A stretch of 64,000 nt of DNA from an uncultured virus (IMG/VR IMGVR_UViG_3300025103_000005) (lineage: Duplodnaviria > Heunggongvirae > Uroviricota > Caudoviricetes). The translations under genes and the position numbers were made by a program. The stretch lies in IMG/VR virus record IMGVR_UViG_3300025103_000005; one strand, written 5' to 3'. The notes under the pieces are model-generated. The model saw nothing but the letters and a program-made list of their open reading frames with translations. It ran no database searches and had not been told where the DNA came from. The stretch's first letter is position 1, and each line of letters opens with the position of its first letter. Below, piece after piece: positions 49,386 through 58,418 of this stretch.

Positions 49386-49700
49386 TCACCTATCGTTGAT
49401 GAAGGTGTATGCTACGAGACTCCACATTTCGTTGTATAGTGCTTTCAATTGCTTATCCTTAACTGAGTTTTTGAAATTGGTATAACCTGTTTCTTTCAAT
49501 CTATTCTTCACTGCTTCTCCGACTTCTTCTCTCGGTATGTATGCCCTATATGGGTAATCTGCTAAGGAGTCCTTGAAGTAGTCGCATTTTGGAAATACGT
49601 TAGTAAGGTGAGTTAATTTTCTTGCTCTCACTAACAGTGTTTCATCATCATTGTAGTTCTTCACTATACTCAACCAACCATCATTCAATCCTATCCACAT
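49386..49700 (-). CDS. Phage-type hypothetical protein
   Basis: MWIGLNDGWLSIV...LLVRAR...DYPYRA...YTNFKNSV; lies directly downstream of promoter copy 3. Confidence 0.65.
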   Translation of the reverse strand: MWIGLNDGWLSIVKNYNDDETLLVRARKLTHLTNVFPKCDYFKDSLADYPYRAYIPREEVGEAVKNRLKETGYTNFKNSVKDKQLKALYNEMWSLVAYTFINDR

Positions 49701-49725
49701 TCTTCTCTATCTCCTATACCCTCTA

Positions 49726-49748
49726 TACTATCTTCGTTTAAATACCAA
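49726..49748 (-). promoter_or_regulatory. Conserved viral promoter motif, copy 3
   Basis: Identical intergenic 23-mer about 25 nt upstream of the ATG at 49700, followed by a GGAG SD. Confidence 0.85.
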
Positions 49749-49772
49749 ACATCTGAGCGGCGGCGAAGCCAA

Positions 49773-50450
49773 TCAATCTAAGCGACGGTGGAGCGAGTCA
49801 ATTCGACGACCCATCACATCTCTTGTCTGTTTATCTCTCAAAACTGAAAGGGCTTGTTCCATAGCATCTGAGCCACCGTAAGCATCGTAAGACTGTCCAA
49901 GTTCTTTATCACCCATACTTCCAAACACGTCTTCTGTAAATGGTGGCTTCCAACGCATAGTGTCTAACTCACCTACTGTGTCTCCCCATGCTTGCCCCTT
50001 TTCGCCTCCCTGCGCTCTATATGGGCCAGAACCGCCCACGTCCACATAGGTAGGAGTACCATCGGGTCGCATTAACACATTATCCATATTCGCCCCTAAT
50101 ACGTCCCAATTTGCTATGAGGGCTTGAGGAACAAAACCTTCCTGTAATACTCCAATATCCTTCCTGTTAGAGAGCGAGGGCTGTCTTGCCCCACTCTCAA
50201 ACTCAGTGAGCATTAACGGCATTCCTCTCTCATCTCTTTGCAGCGATGCTTTAGGTACACCCACTCCCAATTCGTGGAGATACCTATTGAAATCGAACTC
50301 GTTATCAATGTGTTTAGCGTGAGCGCCGCGCTTCACAACCACTTTCTCCCCCGAAGGGAGGGTCATTTGCACTGCTCCTGTGGAGCCGCCTAAGTATCGA
50401 GGGTCACTTGCTTGAAGATGTTCCCATGCCTTCGCTAAAGGGTCCATCAT
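49773..50450 (-). CDS. HipA/PI3-PI4-kinase-like protein
   Basis: Gly loop LGGSTGA, VVVK lysine, NE helix, GVGVP, catalytic-loop-like NWDVLGANMDN, and YVDVGG. Confidence 0.65.
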   Translation of the reverse strand: MMDPLAKAWEHLQASDPRYLGGSTGAVQMTLPSGEKVVVKRGAHAKHIDNEFDFNRYLHELGVGVPKASLQRDERGMPLMLTEFESGARQPSLSNRKDIGVLQEGFVPQALIANWDVLGANMDNVLMRPDGTPTYVDVGGSGPYRAQGGEKGQAWGDTVGELDTMRWKPPFTEDVFGSMGDKELGQSYDAYGGSDAMEQALSVLRDKQTRDVMGRRIDSLHRRLD

Positions 50451-51208
50451 TTATGCACCGTTGGGTTAATCGGAGTCTCGCCGTCATTATAGATATACTT
50501 GTCCTTAACTTCCGGCTTTTCCTCGCTGAATAATACATATTGATGCTCTCTTCTTCCTTTCTTACAATGGAAAGAAATTGCCGCTTTTTTGATGATTTTG
50601 AGTTCTTCACCCAACAACAACAATCTGCCAGCAGAACCTCTTGGCACGTCTTGCCATGCCCATTCGAGGATTTGTGCCTTAGTCGTCGGGGTTCCCCTCA
50701 TCTCTAAGAACTTCGTGAGAGTTTTGAATCTCTTTTCCTGCATCGGCGTTAGAGGTTTTTTCGGCGTTTCGTCTATTAGACTTGAACTTGGTATAGGTAT
50801 GTCTGCATTCTCGAATGCCTTGCTGATTCGAGAGTTCACGATAGCGAGTTTTTCTGAGAACTTCTTTTCCATGCTATCCACGAGAGCGATTTTCTCATCA
50901 AAAATCTGCTCCACCTTTTTCTCGACTGCTTCCGTAAGTAAATTAAGCGCGTGAGTTTCTATGTCTCTCACTATCGTATTTTGCTCTCCCTGTTGGATTT
51001 CAACATTAAGTTCAATCGCTCCTATTTTGTCTTCTATTTCTCTCAATCTCTTGTATGCGTCTTTGCTCATATCATCACTTCTTTTCTTTATTTGTCTGTG
51101 TAGGTTCTTTACTCTCGGACTGCACTCATCGCACGTCCAGCGTTGAGACGTAAATGATATAGCACGAAATGGTTTCTCGCATTTTCGACACGTTCTTATA
51201 TATGACAT
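50447..51208 (-). CDS. Zinc finger + coiled coil + possible winged-helix protein
   Basis: N-terminal CRKC...CDEC, a central heptad region and a basic C-terminal domain. Confidence 0.55.
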   Translation of the reverse strand: MSYIRTCRKCEKPFRAISFTSQRWTCDECSPRVKNLHRQIKKRSDDMSKDAYKRLREIEDKIGAIELNVEIQQGEQNTIVRDIETHALNLLTEAVEKKVEQIFDEKIALVDSMEKKFSEKLAIVNSRISKAFENADIPIPSSSLIDETPKKPLTPMQEKRFKTLTKFLEMRGTPTTKAQILEWAWQDVPRGSAGRLLLLGEELKIIKKAAISFHCKKGRREHQYVLFSEEKPEVKDKYIYNDGETPINPTVHK

Positions 51209-51229
51209 ATATCCACCAACCTATTTTAA

Positions 51230-51946
51230 CTAATCATTCATAGAATCGAGTATTCCACTCCACATAGTATATCCAACGTCGTCATATTCGTCTTCCGCCT
51301 TCTGTATCATAGATTCGACTTTCTCAATCTGTTTTACTTGCTTCTTCTCAAGTAAAGACTCTAATTCATTCTTCGCATCTTTCTTCACCTTCTTGTTATT
51401 CATGCAATCAGGGCAGGTCATGCGCAGTTTACCTCGTCCTTTCTGCTCTTTCTCTTGCTTACACTTCTTACAGGTATAAGCCCGTATAACAGGGTCGTAG
51501 TTCTTCAACGCCGAGACTCTTGCGATTTCGTTGCGTTGCTTCAATTGGCATACAGGGCATCTCGTAGCAAGTTTACCTCGTCCTTTCTTAGTTCCTAAAG
51601 CGGTTTCGCAATCAATGCAAGTGCCTTGTTCACGAATAATCGGTCTGAATGTCTTGACTCGATATTCAGCATTTTGCTTCTTCTTGAGTTTGGTCCGGCA
51701 TTCTTCACACCGCTTGATTGTGCGCCCTTTTCCTTTCTGTGTAATTTCAGTATCGCAGTCTTCGTTCTCACAAATGCGCTTTCGCACTACGCGAGGTTTA
51801 GGCTTCCTCATTTGCTTCCTGTATTTCTTCAAGCATGATTCTTTGGCGCACATACTCGGTGCGCGTCCACGTTTCACTTCGTAAGTGAAGGATTCGTCGC
51901 AGATTTTGCATGATAAACTCAACCCCCATACTGATTCCTTATCCAT
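51230..51946 (-). CDS. Protein with four tandem zinc-finger repeats
   Basis: Four Cys-pair...(K/R)G(R/K)G...Cys-pair units separated by basic helices. Confidence 0.7.
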   Translation of the reverse strand: MDKESVWGLSLSCKICDESFTYEVKRGRAPSMCAKESCLKKYRKQMRKPKPRVVRKRICENEDCDTEITQKGKGRTIKRCEECRTKLKKKQNAEYRVKTFRPIIREQGTCIDCETALGTKKGRGKLATRCPVCQLKQRNEIARVSALKNYDPVIRAYTCKKCKQEKEQKGRGKLRMTCPDCMNNKKVKKDAKNELESLLEKKQVKQIEKVESMIQKAEDEYDDVGYTMWSGILDSMND

Positions 51947-51950
51947 ACAC

Positions 51951-52199
51951 TCACCGCCTCCGCTTTCTTATGTCGTCTATATATTCGAGTATCGCAGCCA
52001 CTCCAGCAAAGCACCAAAACCAATCGCTATCAATATCTGAATAGCCTGTCACATTCGACAGGCTTCCAATTACTATGACTAAACCTGCTACGAGCATTCC
52101 TTCGTGTCGTATGATTCTCGGCGCTAACGCCTGTATATCTTCAACCGTTAATTCGCCATCATCATTAAAGTCGAGAAGGGCCGTAATTTTCTTTTTCAT
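51951..52199 (-). CDS. Small membrane protein with EF-hand-like loop
   Basis: DFNDDGELTVED followed by two hydrophobic segments and a basic tail. Likely start is MKKKIT at 52199. Confidence 0.55.
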   Translation of the reverse strand: MKKKITALLDFNDDGELTVEDIQALAPRIIRHEGMLVAGLVIVIGSLSNVTGYSDIDSDWFWCFAGVAAILEYIDDIRKRRR

Positions 52200-52200
52200 A

Positions 52201-52440
52201 TTACTCTTCCTCCCCACAACTACATACAGCAATTTCATATTCACTATACCGATGACCTTCATCTATTATATCTCCACACTTATCACACTCTTCTGTACGA
52301 AAAACCCAATCAGGTAAATCATCTTCAGGATGCCATGTGCTTCTATCAGGAACTGAACGCATTATACTCACTCCAACATTTCCATCAAGTCCTCGATATT
52401 GGACTTCTGCCAACCTAATGTTCCACCTTCTGTTATGCAC
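52201..52440 (-). CDS. Small Cys-containing protein (true start probably internal)
   Basis: CDKC...CSC; ends GEEE like many genes in this region. Confidence 0.45.
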   Translation of the reverse strand: MHNRRWNIRLAEVQYRGLDGNVGVSIMRSVPDRSTWHPEDDLPDWVFRTEECDKCGDIIDEGHRYSEYEIAVCSCGEEE

Positions 52441-52661
52441 TCAGCACTACATCGGGTGCAAAGGAGGTGGACATTCCCAATCTCCCACATATCTGAGTTC
52501 ACTGTCGTTAGAGTCCATACGTGACCCTCGTCTCGACAGACTTCCAGATACTTCTGTATGTCTCTTTGCTTCATGAGGTCGCTTAATTTACTCGCAAGTG
52601 CTTGTCGTTCATCTGTTAGTTTTGCTATTTCTTCATCGTATTTTTTTGCCATGTTTCTCAT
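52368..52661 (-). CDS. Coiled-coil + zinc-binding small protein
   Basis: Directly downstream of promoter copy 4; C...GH.W...CTRC. Confidence 0.6.
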   Translation of the reverse strand: MRNMAKKYDEEIAKLTDERQALASKLSDLMKQRDIQKYLEVCRDEGHVWTLTTVNSDMWEIGNVHLLCTRCSAECITEGGTLGWQKSNIEDLMEMLE

Positions 52662-52669
52662 TCTCCTAT

Positions 52670-52692
52670 TACTATCTTCGTTTAAATACCAA
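52670..52692 (-). promoter_or_regulatory. Conserved viral promoter motif, copy 4
   Basis: Identical 23-mer followed by ATAGGAGAATGAGAAA. It supplies the TAA stop of ORF 52682..53059. Confidence 0.85.
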
Positions 52693-53059
52693 GATTGAGA
52701 TATGTTCTCAAATAGAGAGGACTATCATCACGTGCGCGAACGGGCGTGCGTTTTGTATAGATGCCGAGTTTCTTTGGTTTCGCTTTAACCTCGCTCGCTT
52801 TATCCACGTTCTTATCAACATACCACTGCTCTCGCAGTTTATTTCTTCGCTCAAGTTCAGATGTGCAGTCCTCACATCTCGGTAATTTCTGATACAGACC
52901 TTGGGATTCACTCATGTAAGCGTCACTCCAGCCTGCTTCTTTCTTTGCATTTTTACATAGGCTGCCGCCTTCCCATAGAGGATGAAAACCCCCCATGTAT
53001 ATGTGAATACGAGTCGGTGTCTTAGCCATATGCTCACCCTTAATCGTTTCCGCCACCAT
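52682..53059 (-). CDS. Hypothetical protein
   Basis: 125-aa ORF ending within the promoter motif. Confidence 0.5.
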   Translation of the reverse strand: MVAETIKGEHMAKTPTRIHIYMGGFHPLWEGGSLCKNAKKEAGWSDAYMSESQGLYQKLPRCEDCTSELERRNKLREQWYVDKNVDKASEVKAKPKKLGIYTKRTPVRARDDSPLYLRTYLNLGI

Positions 53060-53726
53060 CTATTGTCTCATTTTCATCCTCAAACACTTCTTCATCGGCC
53101 AAGTCACTCTTTGAGAGGAACTGATTGTGGTTATACTTGTAGCCATACTTGTAGCCACGCTTGTTATTTGATTCATCTAAGACAGGCATATCATCCTCTT
53201 CTATTGGTGAGGGTTCGACAAGCGTTGAATTGATTGGCTCAAACGTTCTGTTAATATGCGATTCTCCCGTTTCAAGTTCGCGTTCTATTCTTTCGAGGTA
53301 GTCTGATGGGGTGTGTTGTCCTTCACCGTTAGGCCATCGCTTTAGCACGAGCGAAAGAATGAAGACATTATTTTCCGACTTAGTCCTCCTGTTATTCCTC
53401 TCAAAGGTAGTAACTCTTCTTTCCGTTTTGTAATTATAACCCCACATATAGTTGCGGCTAACGTATACGTTGCCTTTTTGTTCCAAACGAAGACATATAT
53501 GGAGTGATTTAGGATGCGTAGGTATCACGGGATGGCGTGGCAATTTCTTTCCATTGAGTGCGTTATTCACTTTGTGTATGTGTGATTCCTCATTCCCGAA
53601 GGCGGTCTGTTTTTGCGCCATAAGCCCTATGAACTCAGCGATTTCTTCTCGCGTTCCGCCAATACGAACTGAGTTGTGCATCTGCGGGTAGGCTATATGA
53701 GGAATGAAGTGATTATAGTGTTTCAT
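53040..53726 (-). CDS. Hypothetical protein
   Basis: 228-aa ORF coupled to its neighbours. Confidence 0.6.
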   Translation of the reverse strand: MKHYNHFIPHIAYPQMHNSVRIGGTREEIAEFIGLMAQKQTAFGNEESHIHKVNNALNGKKLPRHPVIPTHPKSLHICLRLEQKGNVYVSRNYMWGYNYKTERRVTTFERNNRRTKSENNVFILSLVLKRWPNGEGQHTPSDYLERIERELETGESHINRTFEPINSTLVEPSPIEEDDMPVLDESNNKRGYKYGYKYNHNQFLSKSDLADEEVFEDENETIDGGGND

Positions 53727-53983
53727 TTGCTCTTCTCCTTGTAATCAACGTGGTCTTTTGGTAATTTATGCGCTCTTCTATCCATCATGTTCTGTATCAA
53801 TACTGATACGGACTTAACCGCCTTATCAAATCTCTCGCTTGATACCTTGTCTGGACACATGGAAGAGTGTAGTTTCCGAAGGTTTATCTCGTCCGTTAAG
53901 ACGCGCAAGATTTCATACTCTGCATGACTAACGCTCGCCGCTCTTCCTCTCATCCTTCTCCCTCTTCTCTTGCATGGCCTCAA
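53723..53983 (-). CDS. Hypothetical protein
   Basis: Helical ORF with an ATGA overlap to the next gene. Confidence 0.55.
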   Translation of the reverse strand: MRPCKRRGRRMRGRAASVSHAEYEILRVLTDEINLRKLHSSMCPDKVSSERFDKAVKSVSVLIQNMMDRRAHKLPKDHVDYKEKSK

Positions 53984-54200
53984 TCATCTCCTTCAATACC
54001 ACAATCATCTCCTTTGTTTGCGGTAGTGTGAGTCTAACTCCGTGTCGAGTGAAATGAGGTGGAGTCTTGGACATATTCATGATGCGCATATCTATCCAAT
54101 CCTTGCCGTAGTATTCGATGGAGCGCAGGTGAATAACTCCCTTGTTGTCCTTCCACTTACCTTCCATGCTCGGACTCTTCCACGCTATCTCGTCACTCAT
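53928..54200 (-). CDS. PC4-like ssDNA-binding protein / transcriptional coactivator
   Basis: IHLRSIEYYGKDWIDMR...TRHGVRLT matches the PC4 pattern (v....fkG..yiDiR...tkKGisl). Confidence 0.7.
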   Translation of the reverse strand: MSDEIAWKSPSMEGKWKDNKGVIHLRSIEYYGKDWIDMRIMNMSKTPPHFTRHGVRLTLPQTKEMIVVLKEMIEAMQEKREKDERKSGER

Positions 54201-54302
54201 GTTTCTCACTCCAAGTTACTCTCGTCACGTATACGCCTGTATCAATCTCAATCATATCTTCATGATACCACGCCTTTGCTTTCCAGCAGTATTTCCGTTC
54301 AC

Positions 54303-54512
54303 TCATCCCAACTTCCTCCAATCCGCTAGGTAGCAACTGCGCTTACAGTATTGATAGGTTTGGGGAATCGTGGGTGGAATCAGCCCCTTGTCGTGTAGCA
54401 TAAGGGTAACGGATGAGTCATCAACAATCCTGTACCAAGCGGTGCTTTCATAGCCGCAGTGAGAACACTTTACATCGTCACTCATTTTATCTCCGCCTTC
54501 TTTATTAGTCAT
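54303..54512 (-). CDS. Zinc-finger microprotein
   Basis: CSHC...YCKRSC. Confidence 0.55.
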   Translation of the reverse strand: MTNKEGGDKMSDDVKCSHCGYESTAWYRIVDDSSVTLMLHDKGLIPPTIPQTYQYCKRSCYLADWRKLG

Positions 54513-54815
54513 TCACATTTCCTCCCCTTTCAATAAACAAGCGATATATGATAATGCCTCATCCATTTCGATTGGCTCATGGTTACACCATTGGGCTTTA
54601 TCCCATACCGTACACATGAGTTTACGCAATCGTTTGATTTCTGCTAAGAGAAGTGGTGCGTCTGCTATGAGTCGTGCGTCTGCACCAAACTTCAACTCAA
54701 GGTCAAGTCCTTGCTCTCCGAATCTCACCGCATGGTGTGGATTATCTGCACCCATCTTGTAAGTAGTCCACTGGTCGGCAGGTGTGTGTCCTGTATATTT
54801 GTCTGTATCAATCAT
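54513..54815 (-). CDS. Paralog family member 1 (MIDxDKYxGHT...LIADAPLLL)
   Basis: Shares N- and C-terminal motifs with the ORFs starting at 57786 and 58418. Confidence 0.7.
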   Translation of the reverse strand: MIDTDKYTGHTPADQWTTYKMGADNPHHAVRFGEQGLDLELKFGADARLIADAPLLLAEIKRLRKLMCTVWDKAQWCNHEPIEMDEALSYIACLLKGEEM

Positions 54816-54976
54816 TCCTCTTCACCTCCTTGACATTCTTCGCACAAGCCTTGCTTGTTCATGTCCTCCAATGGGTAAGCGAGGGAACACCCTAAGCAAT
54901 AGCCCATGAGTATTCCTTTCTTTACTCCCTCGATGTAGTCTTCGTCGTGTCCTTCGTATTTGTCTAAGTCAATCAT
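54812..54976 (-). CDS. 54-aa zinc-finger microprotein with the MIDLDKYxGH N-terminus (not in ORF track)
   Basis: MIDLDKYEGHDEDYIEGVKKGILMGYCLGCSLAYPLEDMNKQGLCEECQGGEEE. Confidence 0.6.
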   Translation of the reverse strand: MIDLDKYEGHDEDYIEGVKKGILMGYCLGCSLAYPLEDMNKQGLCEECQGGEEE

Positions 54977-54978
54977 TC

Positions 54979-55296
54979 TCAACACCAACCCTCTTTTTCT
55001 AATCTATCTATGTCAAGCACTTCGGATTTCTCTTCGCACTCCATACAACAGTCTGTTCCACCATAACCAGTGCGAGTGTGTTTAGGCTTCGCTCCATTCA
55101 TTATGGCTTGTTCTCTGTTACATATATCTCTAGGAGTAAAGAACCTACCCACATAGCCACCACAACCGCAAAAATATGGTTTCTCACAAAAGGGACACGA
55201 TGACATTTCTTCATCACATTTTATGCACCAATAGACTTTCTTAGGTTCTTCTTTAGGTTCTTCTTTAGGTTCTTCTTTCTTCTTCCAAAATCTCAT
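54979..55296 (-). CDS. Cys-rich protein with KEEP repeats
   Basis: Multiple Cys pairs and a 12-bp tandem repeat near the start. Confidence 0.6.
   Translation of the reverse strand: MRFWKKKEEPKEEPKEEPKKVYWCIKCDEEMSSCPFCEKPYFCGCGGYVGRFFTPRDICNREQAIMNGAKPKHTRTGYGGTDCCMECEEKSEVLDIDRLEKEGWC
55241..55276. repeat. 12-bp tandem repeat x3 (TTAGGTTCTTCT)
   Basis: Units at 55241, 55253 and 55265; encodes the EEPK/KEEP repeat on the minus strand. Confidence 0.9.
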
Positions 55297-55300
55297 TCAA

Positions 55301-55573
55301 TCACCATTCCTCGCATAGAATTGTTGCCGAATCCTCGCCACCCTCGTTCTCATATATGAAATAGCGACCATATTCGTCACACCAATCATACCCAGCAGCA
55401 CGAAGGACATGCCCACTCACAATAGTGACCCCTAACACATCAGCAATTTCTTGACATATTTTGTATTCTTTCTTAACCGACACCTCACCTAATTTGTCAT
55501 CGCATCTAACCTCGTTGAGATATGATTGCGCGGTTATCTTCAACAACCGTATCAATTCACCCTTTGTCGCCAT
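55301..55573 (-). CDS. Hypothetical protein
   Basis: Flanked on both sides by GGTGATTGAATG junctions. Confidence 0.6.
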   Translation of the reverse strand: MATKGELIRLLKITAQSYLNEVRCDDKLGEVSVKKEYKICQEIADVLGVTIVSGHVLRAAGYDWCDEYGRYFIYENEGGEDSATILCEEW

Positions 55574-55577
55574 TCAA

Positions 55578-55892
55578 TCACCGTTCCTCAGTTGTCTTTT
55601 GTTGTTGAGGGCAACACTCATGATTACCACAACCACAACACTCATCCAAACAGCATTCGCGTTGTTTGCGTTCTTCTTCATCTCCTAGCATCTCTCTTAT
55701 TTTCTCGATTACTTTGGTCAGGTAGTAAATCTGAACATACACTTTCTCATCTTGAAGTTGCCATAATGGGGTGTCTAACTCAGCGAGCAATTCCTCATAA
55801 CCCTCATCGGTGAGAAGGTACTCTATGACTTGATTATCTTCAAAGCGGAAGCGTCTTGACCGACCGAACGAAGTTTCATCAGCCCTACTCAT
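55578..55892 (-). CDS. Hypothetical protein with Cys-rich C-terminus
   Basis: ECCLDECCGCGNHECC tail. Confidence 0.55.
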   Translation of the reverse strand: MSRADETSFGRSRRFRFEDNQVIEYLLTDEGYEELLAELDTPLWQLQDEKVYVQIYYLTKVIEKIREMLGDEEERKQRECCLDECCGCGNHECCPQQQKTTEER

Positions 55893-57334
55893 TCCTCTTC
55901 CCCCTTCATCACAGCGTAGTCGAACGGAGCAAGGAGCGAGATAATCTCGTCCAATACTTCATCTCGTCTATCGTCGTTCAATAATTCCCCACCATCATCC
56001 CTATGTGTTAAGGCCACTATATCACTCATTACCTTATGATAGGTTTCTAACTCAGTGAAAATCTTGGGGAGATTTCTCAACACGTGCCACGCTTGCGGCT
56101 CGGTATTTTCTTTGTGATACAACCTCACCTCCACTTCTGGTTTTGGGAACCACCTATGCAAATCTTGATGGTAATCATGGCCGACGCTGAACGCTCCGCT
56201 ATCGTATGTGTCTAAGGATGGTAAATCGAAGGAAAATCCATCAGCATTTTTCTCTATATCTAACTGACGCGAGTTAGATGATGATGAAAACCACACCTCT
56301 ATGATTAGAGAGTCGAGCAAATCACCAAATCCTTCATAATTGAGGTAGGCAATTGCTTCTGATTGGATTCGCTCGTATTCCCTCTTATACTCCTTGAACA
56401 TTGGTGTCTTTCGATAGAGATTGTAAATCTGAGTGTGATTCATTTGGTCGATGCCGTATTTCTTCTTAACAGAATACATGGGATGGAGGTCGTTCCACCA
56501 CGCTTGAAATATCCTATCCGGTGAGGTGTAATAATTTTGGAACTTCGTTTTGAATAAGACTGTTGTAATGTGTCTATCTTTCTTACTTTCACTTTCGTTA
56601 ATTTGAATTAACACGTTCCTTAAGTCATCGTGAGCCTTCACGACAAAATCAGAAGCGATAGTGTCTGCAATCATTTCTATTAGACCTACTACGCCGTCAT
56701 TCAAATTATCCGCCGCCCATTGTTCGGCAGTAAAGAGGCCCGTCAGTAAATGCCCCGTATCTTCTGATGTTATGTTCTCATATCCACTTGCTCCAAGAGA
56801 GATTGCCGCAGTATAGTGTGGGGAATTAACTTCTATTCCTACTTCTTCCAATTTACTAAGGGATATCTGCCTTCTTTTAGGGCGCACTATGTGGAGTTTA
56901 TTGTCTTCTATGAATTGATTACTTGCGTTTAGTATTTCCAATGCACTGTATCTCCCTGTTCCTACATTCCCAAACGATAGGGCAGACGGGCATGTTACCT
57001 CATCCATGTGAAGATTATTATGTGCAGATGGCAACAGGCTTACACCCTTCTCTCCATCCCATAGTCTCTCTTGCGTTTGATGCACGGCGTTGAACTTCTC
57101 CGCCAATATAGGAATCATATCAATGAACTTATTGAATCCACCTTCGCTATCGAAGTATAGACCAGCACGCCTGCCGGTAATTAGATTAAGTGGATGCAAA
57201 ACTACATCGTTGCATAAAGCCTTATTTCGAGGCTTAGAGCATGACTTATCGGTAAATGCTAATCCACTTGGAGCCACTGAAAGGAAGGCTCGTATGGCTT
57301 CCCATTCGTCATCGCTAAGAGTATTCATTTTCAT
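55889..57334 (-). CDS. Hypothetical protein (481 aa)
   Basis: Long ORF with no motif recognised; ends GEEE with an ATGA overlap. Confidence 0.7.
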   Translation of the reverse strand: MKMNTLSDDEWEAIRAFLSVAPSGLAFTDKSCSKPRNKALCNDVVLHPLNLITGRRAGLYFDSEGGFNKFIDMIPILAEKFNAVHQTQERLWDGEKGVSLLPSAHNNLHMDEVTCPSALSFGNVGTGRYSALEILNASNQFIEDNKLHIVRPKRRQISLSKLEEVGIEVNSPHYTAAISLGASGYENITSEDTGHLLTGLFTAEQWAADNLNDGVVGLIEMIADTIASDFVVKAHDDLRNVLIQINESESKKDRHITTVLFKTKFQNYYTSPDRIFQAWWNDLHPMYSVKKKYGIDQMNHTQIYNLYRKTPMFKEYKREYERIQSEAIAYLNYEGFGDLLDSLIIEVWFSSSSNSRQLDIEKNADGFSFDLPSLDTYDSGAFSVGHDYHQDLHRWFPKPEVEVRLYHKENTEPQAWHVLRNLPKIFTELETYHKVMSDIVALTHRDDGGELLNDDRRDEVLDEIISLLAPFDYAVMKGEEE

Positions 57335-57360
57335 TCCTCTTCATCTCCTTTATCCCTTCT

Positions 57361-57786
57361 TCATATCCGCGGACTGTAACCTAACACTTCTTCAATCAAT
57401 TCTTCGTGAGTTAAGTTAATACATCTGTCAATAATTTGCTCACCCGTTGCAGGTGCAATTGATTGTCCTACAATCGCTTCCTTGAGTTCCATGTATTTCT
57501 CACGGAACTCGGTCAGTTGCTTGACTTCTGCGTGTAGGTCTAAGCATTTACAATCTTCAAAAGCATACTCCAAGACTGAAAAAGTATTCTCCAAGACTGA
57601 ACGCAACCGCTTCACTTCTTCAAGGAGAAGTGGTGAGTCTGCTATGAGGGAAGAGTCATTACCGGAAATGTTGGTAGCCACGATTGTTTTACCCACTACA
57701 ACATCAGTCGTGCGATAATCATTCGCTTTTGCTACAACCCTCCACGGCCCTTCCGTGTGTCCTTTGTATTTGTCTAAGTCAATCAT
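57361..57786 (-). CDS. Paralog family member 2 (MIDLDKYKGHTEGPW...LIADSPLLL)
   Basis: Start at 57786 by paralogy and ATGA overlap. Confidence 0.7.
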   Translation of the reverse strand: MIDLDKYKGHTEGPWRVVAKANDYRTTDVVVGKTIVATNISGNDSSLIADSPLLLEEVKRLRSVLENTFSVLEYAFEDCKCLDLHAEVKQLTEFREKYMELKEAIVGQSIAPATGEQIIDRCINLTHEELIEEVLGYSPRI

Positions 57787-58046
57787 CCCGTCACCTCCAC
57801 GCCATTGACGCTGAAACATTCCGTAATCTGCTCAATGGTTGGTAGGTCGTCGTCGTCGTCGCTAGAAGACCAACGTATAGCATGAATGTCCTCAATAAGT
57901 ATATCAATATCCCCACTCTCTTGCGAACCTAACTCCCTGTAATTTGCACTAAACCAACCTATACGGCCATCACTCATAGTGAACTTGTATTGCCTGAAAT
58001 ATGTGATGTCAATTATCTCATTGTACAAATCGTATTCTATTTTCAT
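57783..58046 (-). CDS. Hypothetical acidic protein
   Basis: 87-aa ORF between two paralogs. Confidence 0.55.
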   Translation of the reverse strand: MKIEYDLYNEIIDITYFRQYKFTMSDGRIGWFSANYRELGSQESGDIDILIEDIHAIRWSSSDDDDDLPTIEQITECFSVNGVEVTG

Positions 58047-58418
58047 TCAATCACCATCTCCGTATTTGTATGGTTCATCTTCCCACCCAATATCTTCATC
58101 AATTGCTTCATACATTTCTTTGTCATAGTGGGAAATGTAATCACCCAACCTGCACCAATCATCTTCCCACTTCTTGATTGCTTTACGCAATCGCTTGATT
58201 TCTGCAAGGAGAAGTGGTGCGTCTGCTATGAGTTTGAGGTCAGGGTTCATTGTGAGGTTAGGGTCGCCATTCGGCCTAGTTATTAACACTATGAACTCAT
58301 CTCGGTCAGGGTCGTTCCGTTCATGGATAGCCGCAAGTGTCCAACCATCATCATCGGTATTGTATTCCCACGGCCCTTCCGTGTGTCCTTTGTATTTGTC
58401 TAAGTCAATCATTTTCAT
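58047..58418 (-). CDS. Paralog family member 3 (MIDLDKYKGHTEGPW...LIADAPLLL)
   Basis: 45 bp identical to member 2 at the 5' end; 52 bp near-identical to member 1 further on. Confidence 0.7.
   Translation of the reverse strand: MKMIDLDKYKGHTEGPWEYNTDDDGWTLAAIHERNDPDRDEFIVLITRPNGDPNLTMNPDLKLIADAPLLLAEIKRLRKAIKKWEDDWCRLGDYISHYDKEMYEAIDEDIGWEDEPYKYGDGD

Noticed and set aside
54513..58418. Diversity-generating retroelement (template/variable repeat pair)
   Set aside because: No reverse transcriptase is visible in the window, and the repeats are short conserved blocks rather than a roughly 100-bp pair with adenine-specific differences.
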